Source of the DNA: Verrucomicrobiia bacterium
Lineage (GTDB): Bacteria; Verrucomicrobiota; Verrucomicrobiia; Limisphaerales; UBA11358
DNA length: 57,990 nucleotides
Direction of reading: 5' to 3'
NCBI GenBank assembly: GCA_036511615.1
Contig: DATCBW010000220.1
Span: 1-57,990, forward strand
The notes beneath the pieces were generated by a model. That model was given only the letters and a program-made list of their open reading frames with translations, was not told the DNA's origin and made no database searches. Below, in pieces: positions 32,127 to 41,027 of this stretch (position 1 is its first letter; each line of letters starts with the position of its first letter). The translations under genes were made by a program, and so were the position numbers.

Positions 32127-32657
32127 ATGTCCGCCGCCCAGACCATTTTCTCGAAGCCGAACCGCCGCATCGCCGCGCTCGCGGTTTTCATTCTCGCGCT
32201 CGACCAGTTCACCAAATGGCTCGTGCTGAAAACCATTCCTGAATACCAGGAAAGGGTCGTCATCCCCGGCTTCTTCGACCTCGTCCACCGCGACAACACC
32301 GGCGCGGCCTGGAGCCTGTTCACCGGCAACAACGCCGTCCTCGCCGCCGTCGCGCTCGTTGCGCTCGTCGCGCTGTATTTCTCGCGCCATCATTTCAGCG
32401 CCAACACGCTCACCGGCCAGATCGCGTTCGGCCTCATCTTCGGCGGCATCATCGGCAACCTCACCGACCGCCTGCTGCCCGGACGCCATGCCGTCGTGGA
32501 CTTCCTCTATTTTTTCCTGCAACGGCGCGGCGGCGATGATCTCGGCTTTCCCGCCTTCAACGTCGCCGACTCCGCCATCTGCACCGGCGTCGCGCTGATT
32601 TTCCTCATCAACTGGAAAAATGAAAATGCGCCCAAGGCAGTGACGAGTGACAAGTGA
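32127..32657 (+). CDS. lspA: Lipoprotein signal peptidase II
   Basis: LALDQFTKWLV..FDLVHRDNTGAAWS..GGIIGNLTDRL..FNVADSAICTG. ATG at 32127 (the ORF-track TTG is at 32121). Confidence 0.9.
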   Translation: MSAAQTIFSKPNRRIAALAVFILALDQFTKWLVLKTIPEYQERVVIPGFFDLVHRDNTGAAWSLFTGNNAVLAAVALVALVALYFSRHHFSANTLTGQIAFGLIFGGIIGNLTDRLLPGRHAVVDFLYFFLQRRGGDDLGFPAFNVADSAICTGVALIFLINWKNENAPKAVTSDK

Positions 32658-32728
32658 TCAGTGAAATGAAAAAAAACAAACTTCTTCCGCCAGCCTGCTG
32701 GTCACTCATCACTCATCACCCATCACTC
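32640..32728. repeat. Heptamer-arm hairpin overlapping the lspA stop
   Basis: Left arm (gtgacga)(gtgacaa)(gtgatca)(gtgaaat). Right arm ggtcactcatcactcatcacccatcactc. Shares the 16-mer agtgacgagtgacaag with the recG internal element at 54457-54472. Confidence 0.85.
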
Positions 32729-32731
32729 TGA

Positions 32732-33676
32732 ATGGCGACGCGCACGGAAAAATTTACCGTTGAACAATCGCTTCCCGGCGTGCGGCTCGACAAATTCCTG
32801 TGCGAAAAATTTCCCGCCGCCTCGCGCGGTGCCTTGCAACGGCTCATCGCGGAAGGACACATCCGCGTCAATGGCCAGCCCACCAAGCCCACGCACCAAC
32901 CGCGCGCCGGGGAACAGATTGAAGTCCATTGGCCGGAGGCGAAACCCGCCGAAGCGCAGCCGGAAAAAATCCCGCTCGACATTTTGTTCGAGGACGAATC
33001 GCTGCTCGTCGTCAACAAACCCGCCGGCCTCGTTGTCCATCCCGCTGCCGGACACGAGGAACACACGCTCGTCAACGCGCTGCTGCATCATTGCCGAGGC
33101 TCGTTGAGCGGCATCGGCGGCGTGGCGCGGCCGGGCATCGTCCACCGGCTCGACAAGGAAACCAGCGGCTGCCTCGTCGTCGCGAAAAATGACGAGACGC
33201 ACCTCGCGCTGTCGGAACAGTTTGCCTCGCGCGAAGTCAAAAAGATTTATCACGCGCTCGTTTGCGGCGAACCCGCGCGCGAATCCGGCGAAATCCATGC
33301 CGCCATCGCGCGGCATCCCACGCACCGCAAACGCATGGCCGTGCGCGACGACAGTTCCGACCGCGCCGCGCACACGAGCTACAAAATTCTCGAACGGCTT
33401 TACGCAGCGACCTTGATGGAGGCGCAGATTCACACCGGGCGCACGCATCAAGTCCGCGTGCATTTTCAATTCATCGGTCATCCGCTCGTGGGCGACGACA
33501 CCTACGGCGCGCGGCAAAACGCCCGCGTGAAAGAACTGACCAACTACGCCGCCCCGCGCGTGATGCTGCACGCGAAAAACCTTTCCTTCATCCATCCGCG
33601 CACACAAAAGCCGGTGAAGTTTGAAGCGCCGCTGCCGGACGATTTCAAACAGGCGTTGACATTGTTGCGCGCTTGA
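32732..33676 (+). CDS. rluD: 23S rRNA pseudouridine synthase, RluD/RluA family
   Basis: S4 domain (RLDKFLCEKF), catalytic HRLDKETSGCLVVAK, HQVRVHF. Confidence 0.9.
   Translation: MATRTEKFTVEQSLPGVRLDKFLCEKFPAASRGALQRLIAEGHIRVNGQPTKPTHQPRAGEQIEVHWPEAKPAEAQPEKIPLDILFEDESLLVVNKPAGLVVHPAAGHEEHTLVNALLHHCRGSLSGIGGVARPGIVHRLDKETSGCLVVAKNDETHLALSEQFASREVKKIYHALVCGEPARESGEIHAAIARHPTHRKRMAVRDDSSDRAAHTSYKILERLYAATLMEAQIHTGRTHQVRVHFQFIGHPLVGDDTYGARQNARVKELTNYAAPRVMLHAKNLSFIHPRTQKPVKFEAPLPDDFKQALTLLRA
33619..33671. repeat. rluD 3-prime end, native copy of a duplicated 53-nt segment
   Basis: gtttgaagcgccgctgccggacgatttcaaacaggcgttgacattgttgcgcg. Recurs at 34315-34367 with about 7 mismatches. Confidence 0.9.
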
Positions 33677-33706
33677 CCCGTCATCCCGTCGTGTTACAGT
33701 TCGTGT

Positions 33707-33937
33707 ATGACAGAGACGCTTACCATTCGTCTGCCCAAATCGTTGGCCCGGGATTTCCGCGCCAAAACGCGCGCGGCCAAGACCAATCCCACCGAGGTTT
33801 TGCGCCAGGCGGCGGTCAATTATCTCCGCCATGACCCGGCGGTGCGCAATGCCGTGGTTGAGCACATCCGCGCCCGCGCCGGAACCTGGGATGGCGACAT
33901 TTCCGGCGCGGAATTGCTGCGGAGGACGCGTCCGTGA
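33707..33937 (+). CDS. vapB: Ribbon-helix-helix (CopG-like) antitoxin
   Basis: MTETLTIRLPKSLARDFRAKTRA has an RHH beta-strand pattern. 4-nt overlap with the PIN gene. Confidence 0.65.
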   Translation: MTETLTIRLPKSLARDFRAKTRAAKTNPTEVLRQAAVNYLRHDPAVRNAVVEHIRARAGTWDGDISGAELLRRTRP

Positions 33938-34320
33938 TTCTGGTGGATACTTCGGTGATCGTGGCCTGGCTGGACAAAAATCATCCGCAACATTCCACCT
34001 GCGCTAAATCCATTGAAGACTGGGCGCAACGCCAGCGGCTCGCGGTCAGTTCCGTGACTTATGGCGAACTCGCGGCGGGCGGGCGCACGCGCGAGGCGGT
34101 GGAGGAAGATTTGCGCGACTTTGAAAAAATCCCGCTGGACACGGACGCCACCTGGCGTGCAGGCATGGCGTTCCGCCAATATCGCCGCAAGGATTCCGAC
34201 GACCCCGTGCTGCCGGATTTTTTCATCCGCGCGCAGGCGGCGGTGCTGAACCTTCCGCACCTGACGAACGACCGCCGCCGGACAAAAATTTTCCTCGACG
34301 TGGATTTTGAGTTTGTTTGA
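33934..34320 (+). CDS. vapC: PIN-domain toxin VapC-like
   Basis: ILVDTSVIVAWL (first acidic residue)..SSVTYGEL..DFFIRAQAAVLNLPHLTND. GTG start. The stop lies inside the duplicated rluD segment. Confidence 0.75.
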   Translation: MILVDTSVIVAWLDKNHPQHSTCAKSIEDWAQRQRLAVSSVTYGELAAGGRTREAVEEDLRDFEKIPLDTDATWRAGMAFRQYRRKDSDDPVLPDFFIRAQAAVLNLPHLTNDRRRTKIFLDVDFEFV

Positions 34321-34367
34321 AACGCCGCTGCCGGACGATTTCAAGCAGGCGTTGAAACTGCTGCGGG
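34315..34367. repeat. Second copy of the rluD 3-prime end
   Basis: gtttgaaacgccgctgccggacgatttcaagcaggcgttgaaactgctgcggg. Still reads FETPLPDDFKQALKLLR, compared with FEAPLPDDFKQALTLLR in rluD. Confidence 0.9.
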
Positions 34368-34649
34368 TGAAAAATAAAAGCCATTTGTTCGCCAACGCGT
34401 CGTTTCACTCAACTCCCATGAACATCAAAAGCGCGAATCCGTTGAAATGGCATTTGCGCGGAAGCCCGTCAGGGCTGCCATATTTGCAGAAACCGGAATT
34501 AAAAAATCCAAAGCTCCGCCGAAAATGTTTTGGGGAGCGCGCCCGTCCCGGTTGCAGTTTGACGCGTCTCGCGGCAAACACGAAGTCCGTTGAACGCGCG
34601 GATTGATTTTGTTCGTCCATCGCATTTGGGCATTTGCCGCGCGAAGATG

Positions 34650-34689
34650 TTCGGTGCGTCCCGCACCGAACGGCAGGCGGAACGCCTGC
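34650..34689. repeat. Intergenic double hairpin
   Basis: ttcggtgcg-tcc-cgcaccgaa (9-bp stem) followed by gcaggcg-gaa-cgcctgc (7-bp stem). Confidence 0.75.
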
Positions 34690-34705
34690 GCTCCCCATTT
34701 TCAAA

Positions 34706-34776
34706 TGGTGGCCGTTCGCAAGAACCTTGATTTGGTTTGGGTTTGGTTCTACAAAGAGGTCGCGCCGACGGCGCTG
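34706..34776. repeat. 71-bp direct repeat, copy 1
   Basis: tggtggccgttcgcaagaaccttgatttggtttgggtttggttctacaaagaggtcgcgccgacggcgctg. Identical except for 1 nt to 35365-35435. Confidence 0.95.
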
Positions 34777-34840
34777 TGCAACGGAGCGAATCCGGCGAAG
34801 TAATCCACCCGCCGCGTGGAGAATTTCCTGCCGGCGGGCA

Positions 34841-35092
34841 GCGCACCTGCGCCAAGTGACGTCCTTTTTGTCACAAGTGATGCGCCACCTGCCGCAGGTG
34901 TGACGCCACTTGCGGCAAATCGAACGCCACCTGACGCAAAAGGAACACCACTTGTGGCAAGTCGGACGCCACTTGCCGCAAAAACAACGCCACCTGTGGC
35001 AACTCGAACACCACCTGCGACAAGTGCGACGCCACCTGTCGTAAAAAGGACGCCACCTGACGCAAGTGCGACGTCACCTGCCGCTGGTGATA
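34841..35092. repeat. Tandem array with strict 21-bp period (10 clear units plus 2 degenerate)
   Basis: The core cgccac / caccac / cgtcac starts at 34883, 34904, 34925, 34946, 34967, 34988, 35009, 35030, 35051 and 35072. Consensus is acgccacctgNcgcaaNNNNg. Confidence 0.9.
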
Positions 35093-35204
35093 ACCCCTTT
35101 TTAGCAGAAAACCGGCCATTTATGCCAAAAACCATTGTTTTAACCATTTTGAGGTGCCATTTCACCATTTTAGGAAACCAGCCCGCGAAGATGGCCGACT
35201 GACA

Positions 35205-35340
35205 ATAGCCCAGCCATTTATGGCTGGGTAAATTCCAGCGCATTGCGAGTCGCGCAGGGACGGCAGACAATTTTCTTTCGTCCCTGACGGGACTTGCGAC
35301 GATTCCGAACCGTGAACCCAGCCATAAATGGCTGGGCTAT
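35205..35340. repeat. About 135-bp imperfect palindromic (MITE/REP-like) element
   Basis: Termini atagcccagccatttatggctgggt (35205-35229) and acccagccataaatggctgggctat (35316-35340) are inverted copies, and each is internally palindromic. The centre carries cagggacg...cgtccctg. Confidence 0.8.
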
Positions 35341-35364
35341 TTTCAAAGACAAATGCCGCTCCGC

Positions 35365-35435
35365 TGGTGGCCGTTCGCAAGAACCTTGATTTGGTTTGGG
35401 TTTGGTTCTACAAAGATGTCGCGCCGACGGCGCTG
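35365..35435. repeat. 71-bp direct repeat, copy 2
   Basis: See 34706-34776. Confidence 0.95.
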
Positions 35436-35480
35436 GAAATATGTTGCGCGGGCAATTATGTTCGGAACAGTCAAATCACA

Positions 35481-36287
35481 ATGCGCCTTTGCAAGCTCAA
35501 CACTCCAACGCTGGTTCTAGCAGTCGCTTATGCTTTCATCATCAGCGCCAGTGCCGTGGCGAACATTTGGATTAATCACGTCGCCAAAGGCTCGTGGGAT
35601 TTCTACCCGGTCGCAGAGATTCTTTGGGTATTGTGCAGTATCTTTATCTTGGCGATATGCGGCACCACAAGGGGGTTGGTTCTTGCCGTGATTGCACTGC
35701 TTTTTCTCGACTCGTTCGTGGATATATGCGCGATGGGTGATCCCTTTTGGTGGGGCACACCACCTCGACTAATTCAGTGGATATGGGAGACGAGACCCCA
35801 CGGAGAGCGTTTGGTTTCTGCATATTGGTTATGCCTTGGGGGATTACAAATTCCATTGCGTTGTTTTGCTATGGCATGGGTGGCTTCCGGTGGCTGGGGA
35901 AGAAAATTTGGCATCATAGCTTTGGGTCTCAACCTCATCTGGTTCACGAATGTCCAAGACGTTCTTTATTACTTTGTGTGGCTTGGACTTTACAATACCC
36001 ATATACATTATTTTTTCTATCTGCGGCCAGACGGCTTCTGGAATCTGTGGAACGTCCTACTTTTGCGAGTGCCTATCGGAGTTACTATTGGCGTTCTCTT
36101 GGTTCGGGCTGGAAAGTGTGAGAGCCGGAGTTTGTTGACCACGGTTTTAATTTGGTGTGCAGTTTTATGGATTGTTTTGAATACGTTGGCATTTGCAGTC
36201 GGAAGGCAATTTGAGATTTACCATAATGCTACGATGCGGCCTAATTTTGGAACGATAGTCTGCAAATCATTTCCTCGCACGTTTTGA
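35481..36287 (+). CDS. Hypothetical multi-pass membrane protein
   Basis: [23 protein letters not shown]... About 7 hydrophobic segments, W-rich, with lower G+C than the flanks. The ORF-track start at 35328 lies in repeat DNA, so ATG at 35481 was chosen. The 3-prime end overlaps uvrB by 21 nt. Confidence 0.5.
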   Translation: MRLCKLNTPTLVLAVAYAFIISASAVANIWINHVAKGSWDFYPVAEILWVLCSIFILAICGTTRGLVLAVIALLFLDSFVDICAMGDPFWWGTPPRLIQWIWETRPHGERLVSAYWLCLGGLQIPLRCFAMAWVASGGWGRKFGIIALGLNLIWFTNVQDVLYYFVWLGLYNTHIHYFFYLRPDGFWNLWNVLLLRVPIGVTIGVLLVRAGKCESRSLLTTVLIWCAVLWIVLNTLAFAVGRQFEIYHNATMRPNFGTIVCKSFPRTF

Positions 36288-38288
36288 TTTCCGATAACTC
36301 ACCGGCTTCGCCTCCGATTTCGTGCCGTCCAGCATGTGTTTGAGTTCCTTGATCTGGTCGCGGAGCAGCGCGGCTTTTTCAAATTTCAAATCCTCGGCGG
36401 CCTTGAGCATTTCGGTCTCGAGTTCCTGGATCGTCGAGGTGATGTCAATGTCCGTGCTGCCTTCGCGCAAAACCAAATCGGCCTCTTTGCGGTCGGATTC
36501 GTAAGTCGCGAGGCTTTCCTCGACGGCGCGGACGACGCTGCGCGGCGTGATGTTGTGCGCGACATTGTAGGCGATCTGTCTTTCGCGGCGATATTTGGTG
36601 ACGGCGAGAAATTTCTGGATGCTTTGCGTCATCACGTCGGCGTAAAGGATCACTTCGCCGTTCAGATGGCGCGCGGCGCGTCCGGCGGTCTGGATCAAGC
36701 TGGTTTCGCTGCGCAGAAAACCTTCCTTGTCCGCGTCGAGAATCGCGACGAGTGAAACTTCCGGCAAATCCAGGCCTTCGCGCAACAGATTGATGCCGAC
36801 GAGCACGTCGAATTCGCCTTTGCGGAGCGAACGCAAAATTTCCACGCGCTCGATCGCGTCAATTTCGCTGTGCAGATACTGGACGCGCACGCCGATGTCG
36901 CGCAGATAATCCGTGAGTTCCTCCGCCGTGCGTTTGGTCAACGTCGTGACGAGCGTGCGTTCTTTTTTCTCGGCGCGTTTGCGGACTTCCTCGAGCAGAT
37001 CGTCAATCTGGCCTTTGAGCGGCTTGAGCGTGATGGTCGGGTCAATGAGTCCGGTCGGGCGCACGACGAGTTCGGCGACGTGGCCCTGCGACCAGCCGAG
37101 TTCGCGCGGCGCGGGCGTGGCGCTGACGTAGATCGTCTGGTTTTGCATGGACTGAAATTCCAAAAAATTCAGCGGACGATTGTCGAGCGCGCTCGGCAAA
37201 CGAAATCCGTGCTCGACCAAAACGGTCTTGCGCGATTTGTCGCCTTCATACATGCCGCCGATCTGCGGAACGGTCGCGTGCGATTCGTCAATGACGAGCA
37301 GATAATCGTCCGGCAAAAAATCGAAGAGCGTGTTCGGCTGCGAGCCGGGCGGACGGCCGGAAATGTGCCGCGAATAATTTTCGATGCCGGAGCAAACGCC
37401 CATTTCCTCCATCATTTCCAGGTCGAATTCCGTGCGCTGTTTGATGCGCTGCGCCTCGAGCAATTTTCCGCTGCGTTCAAAAAGATTGATGCGGTCGCCG
37501 AGTTCTTCGCGGATCGTCAAAATCGCGTTGCGCATCTTGTTTTCCGTCGTGACGAATTGTTTCGCGGGAAAAACGACGACGCCGTCGAGCAATTCGATTT
37601 TATTTCCGGTCAACGGCTCGAAGCGCGTGATGCGTTCAATTTTATCGCCGAAAAATTCCACGCGCAATCCGTCTTCGCGTCCGGCGGGACGGACTTCGAT
37701 GGTGTCGCCGCGCACGCGAAAATTGCCGCGCTCGAACGTGATGTCGTTGCGCTCGTATTGCAGGCTGATGAGGCGCGATAAAAATTGTTCGCGCGAAATC
37801 GTGCTACCGACGCGCATCGGAATGATCATCTCCTCGTAATCTTCCTTGCTGCCGATGCCGTAAATGCACGAGACGCTTGCGACAACAATCACGTCGCGCC
37901 GCGAAAACAGCGAACTCATGGTCGAAAGGCGAAGGCGCTCAATCTCCTCGTTGCGGCTGGAATCCTTCTCGATGAATGTGTCGGTGCGCGGAATGTAGGC
38001 TTCGGGCTGGTAATAATCGAAGTAGCTGACGAAGTATTCGACGGCGTTGTGCGGGAAAAAGCTTTTGAACTCGGCATAAAGCTGCGCGGCGAGAGTTTTG
38101 TTGTGCGAAATGACGAGCGTCGGTTTGTTGACGTTTTTAATGACGTTCGCGACCGTGAACGTTTTTCCCGAACCCGTGACGCCGAGCAGCGTCTGATGTT
38201 TCGCGCCGGACAAGATGCCGGCGGTCAGCTTTTCAATCGCTTGCGGCTGGTCGCCGGCGGGTTGGTAATCGGAGACGAGTTGAAACAT
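36267..38288 (-). CDS. uvrB: Excinuclease ABC subunit B
   Basis: [36 protein letters not shown]-terminal UVR motif [18 protein letters not shown] at 38288. Confidence 0.95.
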   Translation of the reverse strand: MFQLVSDYQPAGDQPQAIEKLTAGILSGAKHQTLLGVTGSGKTFTVANVIKNVNKPTLVISHNKTLAAQLYAEFKSFFPHNAVEYFVSYFDYYQPEAYIPRTDTFIEKDSSRNEEIERLRLSTMSSLFSRRDVIVVASVSCIYGIGSKEDYEEMIIPMRVGSTISREQFLSRLISLQYERNDITFERGNFRVRGDTIEVRPAGREDGLRVEFFGDKIERITRFEPLTGNKIELLDGVVVFPAKQFVTTENKMRNAILTIREELGDRINLFERSGKLLEAQRIKQRTEFDLEMMEEMGVCSGIENYSRHISGRPPGSQPNTLFDFLPDDYLLVIDESHATVPQIGGMYEGDKSRKTVLVEHGFRLPSALDNRPLNFLEFQSMQNQTIYVSATPAPRELGWSQGHVAELVVRPTGLIDPTITLKPLKGQIDDLLEEVRKRAEKKERTLVTTLTKRTAEELTDYLRDIGVRVQYLHSEIDAIERVEILRSLRKGEFDVLVGINLLREGLDLPEVSLVAILDADKEGFLRSETSLIQTAGRAARHLNGEVILYADVMTQSIQKFLAVTKYRRERQIAYNVAHNITPRSVVRAVEESLATYESDRKEADLVLREGSTDIDITSTIQELETEMLKAAEDLKFEKAALLRDQIKELKHMLDGTKSEAKPVSYRKSKRARK

Positions 38289-38445
38289 GGCCGTCAAAAG
38301 TAAGGCGAAATTGTGAAGTGTCAATTGACGGCGGTGCGCGGAATTTTTATTGCCGAGTCCAGATGTGGCGATAAGATTCGTGCCGACACCACGATTAACG
38401 AACAAATCATCCGCTTATTATTAAAATCACCCGGAGGAAATTTCC

Positions 38446-39117
38446 ATGAAACTTAATGTCAGAATATTTTTGCCGTTGGTTGCGCTGGCGTTCGCCGCCG
38501 TCGGTTTGCGCGCCGATGAAATGAAGCCTGATGATTCCGTGCTGAAGCCCATCGGCGACGGATGGCTGCCACTTTTCAACGGCACGAACTTCGACGGCTG
38601 GGCGGCGGAGCCGGAGTATTGGAAGATGGACGCGGGCGGCGTCATGCACGGCCACACTCCCGGCACGGCGCGGCATCATTACGATTACACCACGAACAAT
38701 TTTGCCGACTTTGAACTGCACGCCGACTTGAAACTCATCGGCAATAATTCCGGCATCTGCATCCGCATCGCGCCGGAGAACTTTGACAGCGTGCCCGGTT
38801 ATCAAGTGGACATGGGCGACGGTTATTGGGGCTGCCTGTGGGAGGAACACGGTCGCGGCAAGGTCGTGAATTATCCCAAGGCCGAGGCGGACAAGATCGT
38901 CAGGAAAGAGGATTGGAATCATTATTACATCCGCGCCCAGGGTCATCACATCCAGGCGTGGCTGAACGGCGTGAAAACGATTGACATCGTGGATGAGAAG
39001 GGTTTGCTCACGGGTCCGATTGGTTTTCAACTCTGTCACGGCACGGGCAAGATGACGGACGCTTCGTTCAAGAACGTTGTTTATCGTCCATTCCAAGCTG
39101 CCAGCGATGGCAAATGA
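38446..39117 (+). CDS. DUF1080 (3-keto-disaccharide hydrolase-like) secreted protein
   Basis: Signal peptide. LFNGTNFDGW..WKMDAGGVMHG..NFADFELHADLKL..GFQLCHGTG is the typical DUF1080 pattern. Confidence 0.8.
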   Translation: MKLNVRIFLPLVALAFAAVGLRADEMKPDDSVLKPIGDGWLPLFNGTNFDGWAAEPEYWKMDAGGVMHGHTPGTARHHYDYTTNNFADFELHADLKLIGNNSGICIRIAPENFDSVPGYQVDMGDGYWGCLWEEHGRGKVVNYPKAEADKIVRKEDWNHYYIRAQGHHIQAWLNGVKTIDIVDEKGLLTGPIGFQLCHGTGKMTDASFKNVVYRPFQAASDGK

Positions 39118-40006
39118 CCATGCTGCGTCCATCTATGAAGATTTTTTTATAACGGCAATTTTATTTGCCTCGCTCATTTTATCCCGCGCGGAAATGCAAA
39201 CGCCCATCCCTCTCTGGCCCGACGCCGCTCCCGGCGCGCTCGGCACTTCGAGCAACGACATTCCCACGCTCACGCCGTATTTGTGCGAATCAAATGCCAC
39301 CGGCGCGGCGATTGTGATTTGTCCCGGCGGCGCTTACGTCGGGCTCGCACCGCATGAAGGCAATGACTATGCGCTCTGGCTCAATCAACATGGCGTGACC
39401 TGCTTTGTTTTGAAATACCGGCTCGGCTCGCATGGCTATCATTATCCGGTGGAATTTCAAGACGTGGAACGCGCGATCCGCTGGGTGCGGGCGCACGCGG
39501 ACGATTACAAAATTGATGCCAGACGCATCGGCATCATGGGTTCGTCGGCGGGCGGGCACCTGGCCTCGATGGCTTTGACCCATTTTGATTCTGGCGTGAC
39601 GAATTCCGCAGACTCGATTGAGCGGCAAAGTTCGCGCCCGGACATCGGCATCCTTTGTTATCCGGTCATCACGATGGGCGAGTTCACGCACCGGGGTTCG
39701 CGCCAGAGTTTGCTGGGCACCAACCAGACGCCTGAACTGGTGAAATATCTTTCCAGCGAATTGCAGGTGACGCCGAACACGCCGCCGTGTTTTCTCTGGA
39801 CCACCTTCGAGGACCGGACCGTGCCGATGGAAAACACCCTGATGTTCGCCGCAGCGCTGCGGAAAAACCATGTGCCGTTCGCGTTGCATGTTTATGAAAA
39901 GGGCGGTCACGGCATGGGGCTGAAAGACAAGCCGCCTTTCAATCATCCGCATCCGTGGGCAAATGACTGCCTGTTCTGGCTCAAAGGCAGAAATTTTGTG
40001 AACTAG
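39107..40006 (+). CDS. Alpha/beta hydrolase (esterase/lipase family)
   Basis: VICPGGAY, nucleophile elbow GSSAGGH, C-terminal GGHGMG. Start uncertain (39077, 39107 or later). Confidence 0.75.
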   Translation: MANDHAASIYEDFFITAILFASLILSRAEMQTPIPLWPDAAPGALGTSSNDIPTLTPYLCESNATGAAIVICPGGAYVGLAPHEGNDYALWLNQHGVTCFVLKYRLGSHGYHYPVEFQDVERAIRWVRAHADDYKIDARRIGIMGSSAGGHLASMALTHFDSGVTNSADSIERQSSRPDIGILCYPVITMGEFTHRGSRQSLLGTNQTPELVKYLSSELQVTPNTPPCFLWTTFEDRTVPMENTLMFAAALRKNHVPFALHVYEKGGHGMGLKDKPPFNHPHPWANDCLFWLKGRNFVN

Positions 40007-40928
40007 GGCATTTCAAATTGATGATGGGGCATGGGTCGGCAGGACGGTGGGCACCGAAAGCCTGCGTTTCGGACTTGCGGGAACGGTCGGTGAAGATCTC
40101 CGGGCTGATGACGCCCTCATAGACTTTCGTCACACTGCCGGTCATCAGGATGTCGAAGCCGTCGCGGATTTCGATTTTGATGACGCCGCCGGGGCAGTGG
40201 ACAGAAATGGCCTTGTCCACGAGGCCGAGCTTGTGCGCCACCGCCGCCGCCGCGCTGCTGCTGCTGCCGCTCGCCAGCGTGTAGCCTGCGCCGCGCTCCC
40301 AGATCTCGATCTGGATGTTCGCGCGGTCGAGCACTTTCAGGAACTGCACGTTGGTCTTGCGCGGAAAATTCGCGTGCGTCTCCAGCAGCGGGCCAAATTC
40401 GTGCGCCAGCTTCGCGCTGATTTCCGGCAGCGGCAGGACGCAGTGCGGATTCCCAATCGTCGCCGCGCAGAAGGTGAACTCGCGTCCGCCGGCGGAAATT
40501 TTTTCGTTGATGACTTCGCGCTTTTCGCCAGTGACGGGAATTTTTTCACTGTCGAAGCTGACCTTGCCCATTTCCACGCGCACCATCCCGCCGCCGTCAA
40601 AAACCGTCGCGCGCACGAGGCCGCCGTCGGTCTGGATGGCGAACTCGTCGTCGCCGACAAACTTCGTGTCCCAGAGATAACGCGAGAAGATGCGCAGGCC
40701 GTTGCCGCTTTTTTCGGCGATGCTGCCGTCGGGATTATAAATTTTCAGCGCACACTTCGCGTTTTGCGCCGGAAGCGGTCCGAGCAGAATGCCGTCCGAG
40801 CCGGCGCCGAAATTGCGGTGGCAGATGGTCCTGACCTGTTCAGCCGTGAGCGGCGCGGGCAGATTTTTCGGATCAATGACAATGTAATCGTTGCCGAGCG
40901 CGTGGTATTTCGTGAAAGCAAAATTCAT
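39981..40928 (-). CDS. dapF: Diaminopimelate epimerase-fold protein with Ser at both catalytic Cys positions
   Basis: HALGNDYIVID, NPDGSIAEKSGNGLR (canonical ..CGNG..), IGNPHCV, ERGAGYTLASGSS (canonical ..ACGTG..). About 35-aa C-terminal tail overlaps the convergent esterase gene. Confidence 0.75.
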   Translation of the reverse strand: MNFAFTKYHALGNDYIVIDPKNLPAPLTAEQVRTICHRNFGAGSDGILLGPLPAQNAKCALKIYNPDGSIAEKSGNGLRIFSRYLWDTKFVGDDEFAIQTDGGLVRATVFDGGGMVRVEMGKVSFDSEKIPVTGEKREVINEKISAGGREFTFCAATIGNPHCVLPLPEISAKLAHEFGPLLETHANFPRKTNVQFLKVLDRANIQIEIWERGAGYTLASGSSSSAAAAVAHKLGLVDKAISVHCPGGVIKIEIRDGFDILMTGSVTKVYEGVISPEIFTDRSRKSETQAFGAHRPADPCPIINLKCPSSQNFCL

Positions 40929-41027
40929 GGCCGGCAGAATAACGCGCCGCGCATGAACCGTAAAACAGATTCAAAAACAACGAGGTTCAAAGCGGGCGGC
41001 CCAAATCTCCGCTGACCATGCCGTGAC

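Noticed and set aside
34841-35092. CRISPR array interpretation of the 21-bp repeats
   Set aside because: The units are directly tandem with no unique spacers, the period is only 21 bp, and there are no cas genes in the window.
34749-35270. Three overlapping ORFs across the 21-bp array (34816-35202 plus strand; 34871-35119 and 34749-35270 minus strand) that look like heptad-repeat proteins
   Set aside because: Several frames are open simply because the repeat unit lacks stop codons. None has a credible start, RBS, signal or flanking non-repeat domain. I treat the region as a DNA repeat, but coding is not formally excluded (see finding).
35328-35480. N-terminal 51 aa of the ORF-track protein 35328-36287
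   Set aside because: This part translates the palindromic element and the 71-bp repeat (MAGLFSKTNAAP...FYKDVAPTAL). The real gene most likely starts at ATG 35481.
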